DNA from: Sulfurospirillaceae bacterium
GTDB taxonomy: Bacteria > Campylobacterota > Campylobacteria > Campylobacterales > Sulfurospirillaceae
Length of the DNA: 64,000 nucleotides
Assembly: GCA_033723415.1 (NCBI GenBank)
Contig: JAWVXD010000003.1
Coordinates: forward strand, 128,001 to 192,000
Reading direction: 5' to 3'
Shown here: in pieces, positions 48,586 to 59,491 of the stretch
How the letters are laid out: each line of letters opens with the position of its first letter
Numbering within the stretch: position 1 is the stretch's first letter
Notes under the pieces: generated by a model
The model's database searches: none
What the model was told of the DNA's origin: nothing
Seen by the model: only the letters and a program-made list of their open reading frames with translations
Program-made: the position numbers and the translations under genes

Positions 48586-49296
48586 TCAGCCGATGTTTGT
48601 ATAAACGGCTTGTACGTCATCGTCATCTTCGACTTTTTCTATGATTTTTTCTATCTCTTCTAATTGTTCCGGTGTAAAACTTATCGGAGTATTTGCAATT
48701 CTCTCTAAGGTAGCTTTGGTTAGTTCGATATTAAGTTCTTCAAAAGCATGGGACAAGTTCCCAAAATCTTTGTAATCAGCATGAACTAACACTATGCCGT
48801 CTTCTTCTTCTATATCTTCAAGTCCGGCATCGATCAATTCTAGTTCTATTTCTTCTAGATCCATATCATCTGTTTTATTAAATTCAAAAACTGCTTTTCT
48901 TGAAAACATAAAATCAAGTGAGCCGTTGTTAAGCATTTCTCCACCTGCTTTTTTAAAGTTACTTTTAACCTTAGCAACTGTTCTTGTCGGATTATCTGTG
49001 GCGCATTCTACAAAAAACAGTGAGCCGTGAGGCCCTTTACCTTCATAAGTCACTTCACTCATACTTGCGATATCTTTACTGTCAGCTCTTTTTATTGCAG
49101 CTTCTATATTATCTTTTGGCATATTTTCGGCTTTTGCATTTAGTATAGCAGTTCTTAGTTTTGCATTGCTTTCAGGATCGCTACCGCCTTCTTTTGCTGC
49201 CATAGTAATTGAACGTCCAAGTCTTGGAAATACTCTTGACATATTTCCCCATCTTTTCATTTTTGCTGCTTTTCTATATTCAAAAGCTCTTCCCAT
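48586..49296 (-). CDS. yebC: YebC/PmpR family protein
   Basis: [35 protein letters not shown] and DDDVQAVY motifs. Confidence 0.95.
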   Translation of the reverse strand: MGRAFEYRKAAKMKRWGNMSRVFPRLGRSITMAAKEGGSDPESNAKLRTAILNAKAENMPKDNIEAAIKRADSKDIASMSEVTYEGKGPHGSLFFVECATDNPTRTVAKVKSNFKKAGGEMLNNGSLDFMFSRKAVFEFNKTDDMDLEEIELELIDAGLEDIEEEDGIVLVHADYKDFGNLSHAFEELNIELTKATLERIANTPISFTPEQLEEIEKIIEKVEDDDDVQAVYTNIG

Positions 49297-49386
49297 TTTA
49301 TAGTCCTTATTTGTATGCTTATATTTTTTTGGTATTATACTATTTGTTTTATTTGGTAAATCTAAAGCACTCTATAGGAGAAATAA

Positions 49387-52035
49387 ATGGCTAACAAGTC
49401 AAGACGTCTTTATAAATTGCGTGATATTGAAAAGATGTTAGTATTTTTTCCTATATTTTTTATACTTCTATTGTCTATAGTGTCATTTGTCGTCTCTTCT
49501 TTTATATTAGATTTCAATAAAAAATCTCAAATTGATCTGATAACTCAGAGAGCAAAATTACAAACTGATTATGAAAATAGTAAAAAATTACATGATTATG
49601 TAAATCAAAATATAAAAGAAGTGAATTTTTATTTTAAAAATGTTGAAAAAAAATTGATGTTAAATGTTGCTGAGATACAAGGAACTATCAACGGTCTAGT
49701 ATCTCAGGAAGGTACTATAGATATGGATAGGTTAGTACCTTTTTTAAGAGATGTGGAAGACAACAATGATGTAAATTTTGTAATTTTTGAAAAAAAATCT
49801 CACAAAGTCCTTTATGGCTTAGATACGATAAGAAATATCCAAAAATTGATATTTAACAATTACAATAATCCTAGATCTCTCCAACTGACTCTGTTATATA
49901 TAGTATCACAAGGACCAAAGAGCAGTTTTTATTGGAAAAATGATGAAAAACAGAGTATCCAGATAAATTATTTTAAGCTGGATGCTAAAACTGATTGGTA
50001 TATAGGAGCTTTTTCTGTTACTGATGATCTAAAAAAATTTACTGCCAAGACATTTTTTAACTCTATTAAAGATGATGTATTGGTAAATAAAAAAGACTAT
50101 TTTTATTTTTATGATTATAGTGAGCATTATTTTTATAATTTTTACAATAAAAAGTTGTGGTTACCAAGTGAAAAGGTACTGTCAAAATTAAGTGAACAAG
50201 ATAAACAAAAGATAAAATTAATAGGTCATAGTCAAGAGGGTAAAAAATCAGGATATAAAAATTTTTATGATTTTTTTCAATACAATTTTGGGGTTGGTAT
50301 AAAAGCAAAGCCAAATCTTATGATAGATCGTTATGCTTTGCAAAAAGATAAAGTAAAAGAGGAATTTAGAAACAGAAAAACCGTTGTTGCCGTCATCATA
50401 GCTATCTTCACTATTATCTTAATCATTTCTTCATTTGCTTTTACAAACTTCATCAAAAAAGTATTTTCTACATATAATAAAAGATTTGAAAACAAAAATA
50501 CGTTGCTTAAGGTTTGGAAGGAAAGGTATGAGCTGGCAATCATTGCTTCAAATGACGGACTTTGGGATATAAATTTCAATACTGGAAAAATCTTTTTCTC
50601 AAATACATGGTTAAATATGTTTGGATATAAACGAGGAGAGATCGATTCTTATGATGATTGGCTCAATTTAATTCATAAAGATGATAGAGACAATGTCGAA
50701 AAGGTCATGAAAGAGCATAAGCTTGGTTTGAGAGATCATTTTATAGCTGAATTCAGGGTTAGAACGAAGATAAATAGATACAAATGGGTACTGTCCCGTG
50801 GTAAGATCTTTTATGATGCCCAAAACAAACCTGAGAGACTTTTGATGATGGCTATGAACATAGTCGAGAGAAAAAGGATAGAAAAGACTCTAGATGATAC
50901 TTGGCGACTTATGAAAGAAGGTGATATCGTTTTATTTAGATGGACAAATGATACGCACTTGACAGTAACATTTGCATCTGAAAGTATCGAAAAATTTGGA
51001 TATTTACCGGATGATCTATTGCAAAAAACAACGATGTATACGGATATAATATACAAAGAAGACTTGCCCATGGTTATGGAATCTTTGAAACAGCATATAG
51101 ATAATGGGAAAGAAGGTTTTTCCTGCATATATAGAATCTTCAAAAAAGACAATTTTGAGGTCAGATGGGTATTTTCGCACGCTATTTTTATAAAAGATGA
51201 TTTTGGAAGAGTTACGGATCTATATGGATATATTTATGATATTACGGCTATTAAGCAAACTGAGCAGGAGTTGGAGTTAAAAGTCAAAGAAGAAGTAGCA
51301 AAGAATATAGCAAAAGATAGGCTTCTTGTGCAGCAAAATAAGTTGGCTGCGATGGGTGAGATGATAGGAGCTATTGCTCACCAATGGAGGCAACCGTTAA
51401 ACAATATATCGTTGATCTTGCATTTTATCAGGGATAACTACGATAATAAACAACTAAATCCGAAAATGATAAGTGATTATATAAACAAAGGCAAAAAACA
51501 GATAGATTATATGTCTCATACCATAGATGATTTTAGAAATTTTTATAAACCTTCAAAAGAGCGGGCAGTTTTTAATCTAAAAGATACTTTGATCTCTATC
51601 AAAGAGATAGCAAGTTCGCAATTGGGGCAAAAAGAATTTCAGATCAATATAGATATTGAAGAGACAATGCTGTTTAGTTTTGAAAATGAATTTAAACAGG
51701 CTATATTGAACATAATCTCAAATGCAAAAGATGCTATTTATCAAAGAAAAGAGAAAAATACGAATTTTGAAGGCATTATAAACATAATAGGAAGAAAAAA
51801 CAAAGACAAGTATGAGATCGTGATATCCAATAATGCAGGAGAAATAAAAGAAGATATAATGGATAGGATGTTTGAGCCTTATTTTACGACAAAATTTGAA
51901 AAACAAGGCACAGGGATCGGACTTTACATGACGCGCATGATCATAGAGAACAGCATGCTTGGCGAGATTGAGGTAAATAATATAAAAAATGGTGTAGAAT
52001 TTAAAGTAATTTTACCTATACAGGAGAAGGTGTGA
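49387..52035 (+). CDS. Sensor histidine kinase with a large periplasmic domain and two PAS domains
   Basis: Two TMs, ASNDGLWD..IHKDDR PAS, second PAS, AMGEMIGAIAHQWRQPL H-box, FEPYFTTK and GTGIGL. Confidence 0.92.
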   Translation: MANKSRRLYKLRDIEKMLVFFPIFFILLLSIVSFVVSSFILDFNKKSQIDLITQRAKLQTDYENSKKLHDYVNQNIKEVNFYFKNVEKKLMLNVAEIQGTINGLVSQEGTIDMDRLVPFLRDVEDNNDVNFVIFEKKSHKVLYGLDTIRNIQKLIFNNYNNPRSLQLTLLYIVSQGPKSSFYWKNDEKQSIQINYFKLDAKTDWYIGAFSVTDDLKKFTAKTFFNSIKDDVLVNKKDYFYFYDYSEHYFYNFYNKKLWLPSEKVLSKLSEQDKQKIKLIGHSQEGKKSGYKNFYDFFQYNFGVGIKAKPNLMIDRYALQKDKVKEEFRNRKTVVAVIIAIFTIILIISSFAFTNFIKKVFSTYNKRFENKNTLLKVWKERYELAIIASNDGLWDINFNTGKIFFSNTWLNMFGYKRGEIDSYDDWLNLIHKDDRDNVEKVMKEHKLGLRDHFIAEFRVRTKINRYKWVLSRGKIFYDAQNKPERLLMMAMNIVERKRIEKTLDDTWRLMKEGDIVLFRWTNDTHLTVTFASESIEKFGYLPDDLLQKTTMYTDIIYKEDLPMVMESLKQHIDNGKEGFSCIYRIFKKDNFEVRWVFSHAIFIKDDFGRVTDLYGYIYDITAIKQTEQELELKVKEEVAKNIAKDRLLVQQNKLAAMGEMIGAIAHQWRQPLNNISLILHFIRDNYDNKQLNPKMISDYINKGKKQIDYMSHTIDDFRNFYKPSKERAVFNLKDTLISIKEIASSQLGQKEFQINIDIEETMLFSFENEFKQAILNIISNAKDAIYQRKEKNTNFEGIINIIGRKNKDKYEIVISNNAGEIKEDIMDRMFEPYFTTKFEKQGTGIGLYMTRMIIENSMLGEIEVNNIKNGVEFKVILPIQEKV

Positions 52036-52742
52036 GCAAAAATATCACAAGAGTTTTATTAGTTGAAGATGAAGCTGATGCTAGAGAGATTTTGAGTTTT
52101 TATTTAAATACAATATTTGAAGATGTAGTGACTGCGGTTGATGGTTTGATAGGATATGAGATTTTTAAACAAAATTTGAAAGAAGGCAAAAGTTTTGATT
52201 TAGTTTTAACGGATATCAAGATGCCAAACCTTAACGGTATGGATATGATAGAAAAAATGCTAAAATTAAAAGAAAACCAGAAATTCATCATAGTCTCTGC
52301 ATACAAAGATGAAGAAAAACTGATGAAATCAATAAACTTTAGAGTTTTGGGATATTTTTTGAAACCGATCAATGTGGATAATATGATGGAGATCCTAACA
52401 AAAGCAAAACAAGAAGTTCTCAGGGAGAAAGAAGAACAAAAGGATAGAGAGATCATCAAGATTAACGAACACTATACATACTCTAAAGATAGAAAGCTTT
52501 TATATTGTGATTCGATCCTTGTCAAATTATCCAAAAAGGAAACTCAGTTATTAGATATCTTGGTTGAAAATATTGGCAAGATCATAACGATAGAGGAGTT
52601 CAAGATAGCTCTTTGGGATGATATAAATAAATCAGATATAACATTTAGGACTGTCATGAAAAGACTCAAAGATAAGATCAATACAGAAGATTTTATACTC
52701 TCGCTCAAAGGTCAAGGTTACATCATAGAAAAAAAGCAGTAG
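52032..52742 (+). CDS. OmpR-family response regulator
   Basis: LVEDE, LTDIKMP, LKPI and a winged helix (LSKKE..KRLKDKI..GQGY). Confidence 0.92.
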   Translation: MSKNITRVLLVEDEADAREILSFYLNTIFEDVVTAVDGLIGYEIFKQNLKEGKSFDLVLTDIKMPNLNGMDMIEKMLKLKENQKFIIVSAYKDEEKLMKSINFRVLGYFLKPINVDNMMEILTKAKQEVLREKEEQKDREIIKINEHYTYSKDRKLLYCDSILVKLSKKETQLLDILVENIGKIITIEEFKIALWDDINKSDITFRTVMKRLKDKINTEDFILSLKGQGYIIEKKQ

Positions 52743-52777
52743 AAAAGTAACACTTCAAAAAAAAATATATTTTTACA

Positions 52778-52816
52778 AACTATTTTGCAACTATTTTGAA
52801 ATTTACATGATATAAT
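52778..52816 (+). promoter_or_regulatory. TAXI operon promoter: 11-bp tandem repeat plus extended -10
   Basis: AACTATTTTGC AACTATTTTGA (52778-52799), then TGATATAAT (52808-52816). Confidence 0.65.
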
Positions 52817-52844
52817 CTCTTATAAAATCAAAAAAGGAGATCAT

Positions 52845-53864
52845 ATGATTGACAGCAAAATTCTCAAGAGAGTTTTAGTTTCTACAGCAGTAGTTGTATC
52901 CATGGTTGGGACATTAAATGCCGCACCTAAAGAGAAAAAATACATAATTGCTACAGCAAGTACAGGTGGTACTTATTATCCTGTTGGAGTTGGTATCGCT
53001 ACTATTGCTAGTTTAAAACTAGCTAAAAAATATAAGATGACGTTTTCGGCAATAACAAGTGCCGGAAGTAACGAAAATATTGATATGCTAGATAAAGGCG
53101 AAGTTAACTTTGCTATTCTACAAGGACTTTTCGGATCAATGGCATGGCAGGGAAAAGGTATCTATGAAGGAAAGCCTAAGAAAAACCTTAGATCTGTTAC
53201 AATGTTATGGCAAAATGTCGAGCAATTTTTAGTTTATAAAAAATATGCAAAAACCGGCAATATCATGGATCTAAAAAATCTTTATGGAAAAGGTTTCTCT
53301 ATAGGCGGTAGAAATTCAGGAAGTAGAGTTTCATCTGAAACTATAATGAGCTCACTCGGTATTGATTACAACAAAATGGACATCCATTATCTTGGATATA
53401 CTCCAAGCTCAAACGCACTTCAAGATGGAAAAATCGAAGGTATGAATACACCTGCTGGAACACCTACAAGTTCTGTTACAAATGCTTTTGCAACAATCGG
53501 TGCAGGCAATCTTAAAGTCTTAGATTTTACGGCAGCAGATCTTAAAAAAATCGACGATAACTATCCTGTATGGACTCCTTTTACTATAAAAGCAGGTACT
53601 TATCCTGGACAAAAAGCTGACATTCACACTATCGCACAGCCAAACCTTTTGGTGGTCACTGCCGATACTCCTGAAGAAACAGTTTATCTTTTGACAAAAA
53701 CTATCTATGAAAACCTACCTTTCTTGCATTCAGTTCATAAAGCTACATTGGTTATGAGCTTGCAAAAAGCGATAAATGGTCTTCCTATGCCACTTCACCC
53801 AGGTGCTGCAAAATTCTACAAAGAAATGGGCCTAAAAATCCCAGCTAGACTTATAGCAAAATAG
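52845..53864 (+). CDS. TAXI-family TRAP transporter solute-binding protein
   Basis: IATASTGGTYYPVG, SAGSNEN, SIGGRNSGS and PLHPGAAKFY motifs; signal peptide. Confidence 0.93.
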   Translation: MIDSKILKRVLVSTAVVVSMVGTLNAAPKEKKYIIATASTGGTYYPVGVGIATIASLKLAKKYKMTFSAITSAGSNENIDMLDKGEVNFAILQGLFGSMAWQGKGIYEGKPKKNLRSVTMLWQNVEQFLVYKKYAKTGNIMDLKNLYGKGFSIGGRNSGSRVSSETIMSSLGIDYNKMDIHYLGYTPSSNALQDGKIEGMNTPAGTPTSSVTNAFATIGAGNLKVLDFTAADLKKIDDNYPVWTPFTIKAGTYPGQKADIHTIAQPNLLVVTADTPEETVYLLTKTIYENLPFLHSVHKATLVMSLQKAINGLPMPLHPGAAKFYKEMGLKIPARLIAK

Positions 53865-53871
53865 TAAAAAA

Positions 53872-53898
53872 AAGCATGACAAGATAATTGTCATGCTT
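53872..53898 (+). terminator. Intergenic hairpin after the TAXI gene (mRNA stabiliser or partial terminator)
   Basis: AAGCATGACAA-GATAA-TTGTCATGCTT. Confidence 0.7.
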
Positions 53899-53924
53899 CA
53901 ACTCTTTAATAAAGGTATTTTAAT

Positions 53925-55880
53925 ATGAGAAGAGAATCTCTCAATAAATTTATATTTATATATGCAATTTTGATATCAATTTTTCATTTTTATGAAAATA
54001 TCTGGGGTGGGATGAGTAATCTTTGGTTTAATGCAGCGCATTTTTCTCTCCTAGCTTCTCTTGGCTTTTTGACATATAGAGCCTCAAAACACTCAAACAA
54101 AGAAATCGTTCCAATTTATGATCTATTGTTAGCAGTTCTTACATCTAGTGTTGTTGTATACATGATGTTACATGAGCAAAGTCTTTATACTGTTGCACAC
54201 AGCAATATGAGACCGTTTGACCTGATTTATGCAGCACTTACGATCCTTTTGGCTATTGAGATACTCAGAAGAACGACAGGTTACATCATCCCTGTCATGA
54301 TCCTAATCGCGATAGGATATATCCTCTATTTTGGTAAATTTCTAACAGGTGTTTTTGCTTTTGAAGGTATGACTATAGAGAGGTTCTTGTATAGAATGTA
54401 CTATACCGGTGAGGGACCTTTTGGTTCTATTGCTACTATCTCTGCTACATATGTCTTCATGTTTATACTTTTTTCTGCCTTCTTAATGAAAAGTGGAGCA
54501 GGAGATTTTATCGTGGATCTTGCATCGGTTGCCACATCAAGATTTAAAGGAGGCGCTGGTCATGTAGCGCTTTTTAGCTCAGCACTTATGGGAACCATAT
54601 CTGGAAGTGCAGTTGCAAATGTCGTCTCAACCGGTTCTATCACGATACCGATGATGAAAAAGTCAGGTTTCAAACCGATGTTCGCAGCCTCTGTTGAGAC
54701 GAGTGCGAGTACAGGTGGACAGATCATGCCTCCTATCATGGGAGCCGGAGCTTTTATCATGGCTCAGATGACACAGATAGCATATTCTGCTATAGTAGTA
54801 CTTTCTATTTTACCGGCGCTTCTTTACTTTATATCTATCTCTTTTTATATTCATATTCATGCTAAAAAATATAATATTGAGTCAGAAAGTATCGCCAAAA
54901 AAGCTTGGCCGATCATTCGTGAGGGATTTCACTTCCTTATACCTATCAGTATCTTAGTCGGGCTTTTAATTGCCGGATATACACCTACATATGCAGCAGG
55001 TATATCTATGATCGCTATCATTGCTTCATCATATTTGACAAAGACGAAGAGAATGACTCTTGGACTTATATTTGAAGCTATGGCTGATGGTTCAAAAAAT
55101 ATGGTTGTAACTGGTACTTTATTGGTAAGTATCGGTATCATCGTAGGGGTTGTCAATATAACTGGTATTGGTATAATCCTTTCTCAGTTAATTATGGCAT
55201 GGTCACATCATAATCTTTTTATAGCTCTTATTCTTGTTTCAATAGCAGCTATAATCTTAGGCATGGGCCTACCGACTACTGCATCATATGTTGTTTTGGT
55301 TGTATTATCAGCACCTGCACTTGTCGGTTTGATGCTGGATCCTGCAACTGCGGCATTGGTAAGTGCCGGGATCAACGTGCCTCAAGCCACAATGTTCTTG
55401 CTTGCAGCTCACCTGATGATATTTTGGCTGGCTCAAGTCTCAAACTTGACACCGCCTGTTTGTTTGGCAGCATTTGCAGGAGCTGCGATTGCAGATACTC
55501 CTCCTATGCAAACAGGTTTTAAGGCGTTATCTACCGCAAAAGCATTTTATATCATGCCTCTTTTATTTGCTTTCAGTCCTCTTATCACAGGAACTTGGCC
55601 GGAGAGATTTGAGGTTTTTATCTTTGCAGTACCTGGATTTTTAGGAGTTGCGGCAGTTTCTGAAGGCTTTTGGGATATGAAGATGACGATTTTTGAACGC
55701 TTGATATTTGCAGCAGCTACATTTTTCCTACTTTTTCAAGATCAAGTCTTTCATTGGACAAGCTATTTTGATTTAGTACAAGATACAAATATTATAGGCG
55801 TGATTTTGATGGTCATTGGATTTGTGTTACATAAAACAAGATATAAAAAGAGTTTGAAAACTGATACAGTTGCAAATTGA
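53925..55880 (+). CDS. TRAP transporter fused 4TM/12TM permease (TAXI type)
   Basis: GTISGSAVANV, ASTGGQIMPPIMGAGAF, LGMGLPTTASY and TPPVCLAAF motifs. Confidence 0.93.
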   Translation: MRRESLNKFIFIYAILISIFHFYENIWGGMSNLWFNAAHFSLLASLGFLTYRASKHSNKEIVPIYDLLLAVLTSSVVVYMMLHEQSLYTVAHSNMRPFDLIYAALTILLAIEILRRTTGYIIPVMILIAIGYILYFGKFLTGVFAFEGMTIERFLYRMYYTGEGPFGSIATISATYVFMFILFSAFLMKSGAGDFIVDLASVATSRFKGGAGHVALFSSALMGTISGSAVANVVSTGSITIPMMKKSGFKPMFAASVETSASTGGQIMPPIMGAGAFIMAQMTQIAYSAIVVLSILPALLYFISISFYIHIHAKKYNIESESIAKKAWPIIREGFHFLIPISILVGLLIAGYTPTYAAGISMIAIIASSYLTKTKRMTLGLIFEAMADGSKNMVVTGTLLVSIGIIVGVVNITGIGIILSQLIMAWSHHNLFIALILVSIAAIILGMGLPTTASYVVLVVLSAPALVGLMLDPATAALVSAGINVPQATMFLLAAHLMIFWLAQVSNLTPPVCLAAFAGAAIADTPPMQTGFKALSTAKAFYIMPLLFAFSPLITGTWPERFEVFIFAVPGFLGVAAVSEGFWDMKMTIFERLIFAAATFFLLFQDQVFHWTSYFDLVQDTNIIGVILMVIGFVLHKTRYKKSLKTDTVAN

Positions 55881-55903
55881 CAAAAGTCAATATAGGGGAA
55901 AAT

Positions 55904-57097
55904 ATGTATGATTATGTAATCATAGGTGGTGGAATTATAGGATTAAATATAGCAAGGGCACTGAAAATCAAACAAAGCAGTGCCTCTATTGCCATTATTG
56001 AAAAAGAAGAAGATGTAGGTATGCACAGCAGCGGTAGAAATAGCGGTGTTTTGCATGCCGGTTTTTACTATAGTGCTGATTCTCTGAAAGCAAAATTTAC
56101 AAAAGAAGGCAATGCAAGATTGCAACAATTTTGTGAGGAGAGAGGACTTCGTATCAATAAATGTGCCAAAGTCGTTGTTGCTCAAAATGATGATGAGGTC
56201 AAAGGATTGGAAGAGTTAAAAAGAAGAGGGGATATAAATGGGGTTTCTCTTGAATGGATGAGCCTTGATGAGCTAGAAGAAAAATTTCCATTGATCAAAA
56301 CGCATCAGAAAGCTCTTTTTTCACCGACTACGGCAACGATCGATCCAAAAGAAGTCACATTGGAATTTAGAAAATATATCCAAGAACTGGGAGTTGACAT
56401 CCTAACAAATACAGCTTATGTAAAGCGAACAGATAAATATGAGATACAAACAAGTCAAAAAATTTTAAGATTTAGAAAACTCATCAATTGCGCGGGATTG
56501 TACGCCGATAAGATAGCCAAAGACTTTGGCTTCGCTCACAAGTATGTCATAATCCCGTTCAAGGGGATTTATCTCAAAGACAAAAAGAACGTCTGCGGTT
56601 TGACAACCAATGTCTATCCGGTTCCCAATCTCGCCAATCCATTTTTGGGAGTGCATTACACTTATGCAGTCGAAAATGCCAGTAAAATAGGTCCTACTGC
56701 GATACCTGCTTTTTGGAGAGAAAATTATAAAGGATTTGACAATTTCAATATCTTCGAGTTGTTTCAGATATTGTTCTATGAAGCGAAACTTTTCCTTACC
56801 AATGCTTTTGGATTCAGAGAACTTGCCATAAGTGAAGTAAAAAAATACTTCAAATCGCATCTTTTAGGTCTTGCAAAAGGCCTTACAAAACCACTGGATC
56901 TCAGTGGATTCGATACCTGGAGTACACCTGGAATCCGTGCACAATTACTCGATACGACGACGTTAGAATTGGTTCAGGATTTTGTAGTCGAGGGCGATGG
57001 GGTGAGTGTTCATGTACTCAATGCCGTCTCTCCTGCATTTACCTCTTCGATGCCGTTTTCTGAGTGGGTTGTGGATAATTACATAATCAATAAATAA
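55904..57097 (+). CDS. lhgO: L-2-hydroxyglutarate oxidase/dehydrogenase
   Basis: Start at MYDYVIIGGGIIG; HSSGRNSGVLHAG.YY, NCAGLYAD, VYPVP..PFLGVH, GPTA, GIRAQ and LNAVSPAFT motifs. Confidence 0.88.
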   Translation: MYDYVIIGGGIIGLNIARALKIKQSSASIAIIEKEEDVGMHSSGRNSGVLHAGFYYSADSLKAKFTKEGNARLQQFCEERGLRINKCAKVVVAQNDDEVKGLEELKRRGDINGVSLEWMSLDELEEKFPLIKTHQKALFSPTTATIDPKEVTLEFRKYIQELGVDILTNTAYVKRTDKYEIQTSQKILRFRKLINCAGLYADKIAKDFGFAHKYVIIPFKGIYLKDKKNVCGLTTNVYPVPNLANPFLGVHYTYAVENASKIGPTAIPAFWRENYKGFDNFNIFELFQILFYEAKLFLTNAFGFRELAISEVKKYFKSHLLGLAKGLTKPLDLSGFDTWSTPGIRAQLLDTTTLELVQDFVVEGDGVSVHVLNAVSPAFTSSMPFSEWVVDNYIINK

Positions 57098-57115
57098 ATG
57101 TGACGATCCAACAAA

Positions 57116-57144
57116 AGATTCCAGGTTTTTTAGGCCTGGAATCT
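57116..57144. terminator. Terminator between the convergent lhgO and metE
   Basis: AGATTCCAGG-N9-CCTGGAATCT. Confidence 0.75.
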
Positions 57145-57151
57145 CAATTTT

Positions 57152-59425
57152 TTATAAAGACATCTTAACGATTTTCACGGCTTCCACCATGTTCTCTAAA
57201 CTCTGTTTGACTTCCTTCCAACCTCTGGTCTTCAATCCGCAATCAGGATTGATCCATAACTGCTCTTTTGGTAGTACTTCTAACAGTCGCCTGATTTGTT
57301 TTGCTATCTCTTCGATACTTGGAACTCTAGGAGAGTGGATATCGTAAACTCCGGGGCCTATCTCTTGTTTGTAGCCGACTTTTTTAAAGATCTTTAAGAG
57401 TTCATTGCCGCTTCGTGCGGTTTCTATGGTAATCACATCCGCATCCATCGCTTCTATGGTTTTGATGATGTCATTAAACTCGCTATAGCACATGTGCGTG
57501 TGGATTTGAGTCTCTTTTCGAGCCCTAGAGGCGCAAAGTTTGAAGTTTGCCACTGCCCATTTTTCATATTCTTTTATATGGCTTGCCCTCAGAGGATAAC
57601 CCTCTTTAAAAGCGGCTTCATCGATTTGGATGATCTTGATACCGGCATTTTGCAAGTCGTCCACCTCGTCACTGATCGCGATGGCAATCTCTTGTGCTAC
57701 TTCATGTCGCGGTTTGTCATCTCTCACAAACGACCAGTTGAGAATGGTGATAGGACCGGTTAGCATGCCTTTGACGATCTTCTTTGTTTTGCTTTGTGCA
57801 TAAGTGATCCATTGTACGCTCATGGGTTGCGGTCTGCTGATGTCACCGTATATGAAAGGGGGTTTGACACATCTGCTGCCATAGCTCTGTACCCAGCCGT
57901 TTTGAGTGAAGCCGTAACCTTGCAACTGCTCTCCAAAATACTCGACCATGTCGTTTCGCTCCGGTTCGCCGTGTACCAAAACATCCAAATCTATTTTTTC
58001 TTGAAATGCAATGCACTCATCAATGTAATGTTTTATGTAAGATTCATAACCTTTTTTTGAGATGAGGTGGTTTTTGTACTTGCTTCTGGCTGCTCTTATC
58101 TCTTGGGTTTGAGGAAACGAGCCGATGGTCGTCGTGGTCAAATCTCCATATTTCAAGAGGGCTCTTTGGATTTTGATCCTCTCATGAAAATCTCCATCTC
58201 TTTGAAATTTTTGAAGATTTGCCACTTTTTGTTTGACATTGTCATCATGTATGAGTTTGGATGTTCGTCTGCTTCGATTTGCCTCGGTGTTTTCTCTCAA
58301 AGCATCACTCAAATCACTTTTATTCTTGGGATAATCTTCAAAAAATAGTCTTGAAATCGTAGAAATTTCATCCAATTTTTCAACTGCAAAACTGAGCCAG
58401 TTTTTGATTTCCGGATTCATATTTTCTTCATATCTTAGTGTAAAAGGTACATGTAAAAGTGAACATGAAGAGCCGATGATGAGATGGTCTTGTTGAATAG
58501 TCTGTGTGATCTTTCCTAGTAAATCAAGGGTATTTTGAAAATCATTTTTCCAGATATTTCTCCCATCGATCACGCCTGCTATGAGGTTCTTTCCATTTTT
58601 GGCGATGAGATCGAGTGTTTCTAGATTTTTTGCTCCATGCACAAAATCAAGTCCCAAACCCCAAATTGGAGAATTGACCAAGATTTTGGTAGCCTCGTTT
58701 GAATGCTCAAAGTAGCTTGTCACGATCAGTTTCACGTTGGAGGCAATTTGAGAAAGTTTCTCATAGGTGGGTTTGATGAGGCTGAGAACTTTTGGCTCCA
58801 AATCTTTGACAAAGATCGGCTCATCGATTTGCACGGTTATTTCATCACCCAGGGTGCTAATTTGCGAGATCACCTCTTGGTAGATCGGTAAAATACTTCC
58901 TAAAAATTCATAAGGATCTTTGCCGTCCGTCCTCTTGGATAATCCCAAAAATGTCAATGGACCTATGAGATTGATTTTTGTTGTTATTCCAAGTTCTTTG
59001 GCTTCAATGTATTCGTTTAGGATCTTTGAAGCGTTGGCTTTATAGTGATCTTCCTGTGATAATTCCGGTACGATGTAGTGATAGTTGGTATTGAACCATT
59101 TGGTCATCTCCATTGCCACACGGTTTTCATCGCCTCGTGCCATTGTAAAGTACAATGTCTCCTTTGTGAGGTCTTGAAATCTTTTTGGGATGGCATTTAT
59201 CATGACAATCGTATCTAACATATTGTCATAAAGTGAAAAGTCATTTGAGCTGATATACTCGATATTAGCGTTTTTTTGGTACTCCCAGTGCCTTTTTCTG
59301 AGTTCTTTTGCAACTTTTTCGACTTCATGAAATGGGGCTTTTTTGTCCCAAAAACGCTCCAATACTTTTTTTAATTCTCTTTGTTCTCCAATTCTTGGAA
59401 AACCGATTACATAATTTTTTGACAT
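57152..59425 (-). CDS. metE: Cobalamin-independent methionine synthase
   Basis: GFPRIG, MTKWFNTNYHY, TTTIGSFPQT, HGEPERNDMVEYF, HTHMCYSE and NPDCGLKTR motifs. Confidence 0.97.
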   Translation of the reverse strand: MSKNYVIGFPRIGEQRELKKVLERFWDKKAPFHEVEKVAKELRKRHWEYQKNANIEYISSNDFSLYDNMLDTIVMINAIPKRFQDLTKETLYFTMARGDENRVAMEMTKWFNTNYHYIVPELSQEDHYKANASKILNEYIEAKELGITTKINLIGPLTFLGLSKRTDGKDPYEFLGSILPIYQEVISQISTLGDEITVQIDEPIFVKDLEPKVLSLIKPTYEKLSQIASNVKLIVTSYFEHSNEATKILVNSPIWGLGLDFVHGAKNLETLDLIAKNGKNLIAGVIDGRNIWKNDFQNTLDLLGKITQTIQQDHLIIGSSCSLLHVPFTLRYEENMNPEIKNWLSFAVEKLDEISTISRLFFEDYPKNKSDLSDALRENTEANRSRRTSKLIHDDNVKQKVANLQKFQRDGDFHERIKIQRALLKYGDLTTTTIGSFPQTQEIRAARSKYKNHLISKKGYESYIKHYIDECIAFQEKIDLDVLVHGEPERNDMVEYFGEQLQGYGFTQNGWVQSYGSRCVKPPFIYGDISRPQPMSVQWITYAQSKTKKIVKGMLTGPITILNWSFVRDDKPRHEVAQEIAIAISDEVDDLQNAGIKIIQIDEAAFKEGYPLRASHIKEYEKWAVANFKLCASRARKETQIHTHMCYSEFNDIIKTIEAMDADVITIETARSGNELLKIFKKVGYKQEIGPGVYDIHSPRVPSIEEIAKQIRRLLEVLPKEQLWINPDCGLKTRGWKEVKQSLENMVEAVKIVKMSL

Positions 59426-59491
59426 AGTTATTCCTATTTTATTTTTATAATATTGTGCCTGTTGATGGCTGTGAAAAGGGGTTATAAAATA

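Noticed and set aside
57494..58891. Cluster of 62-93 aa plus-strand ORFs
   Set aside because: All are antisense to metE and have no recognisable motifs; a by-product of its codon usage.
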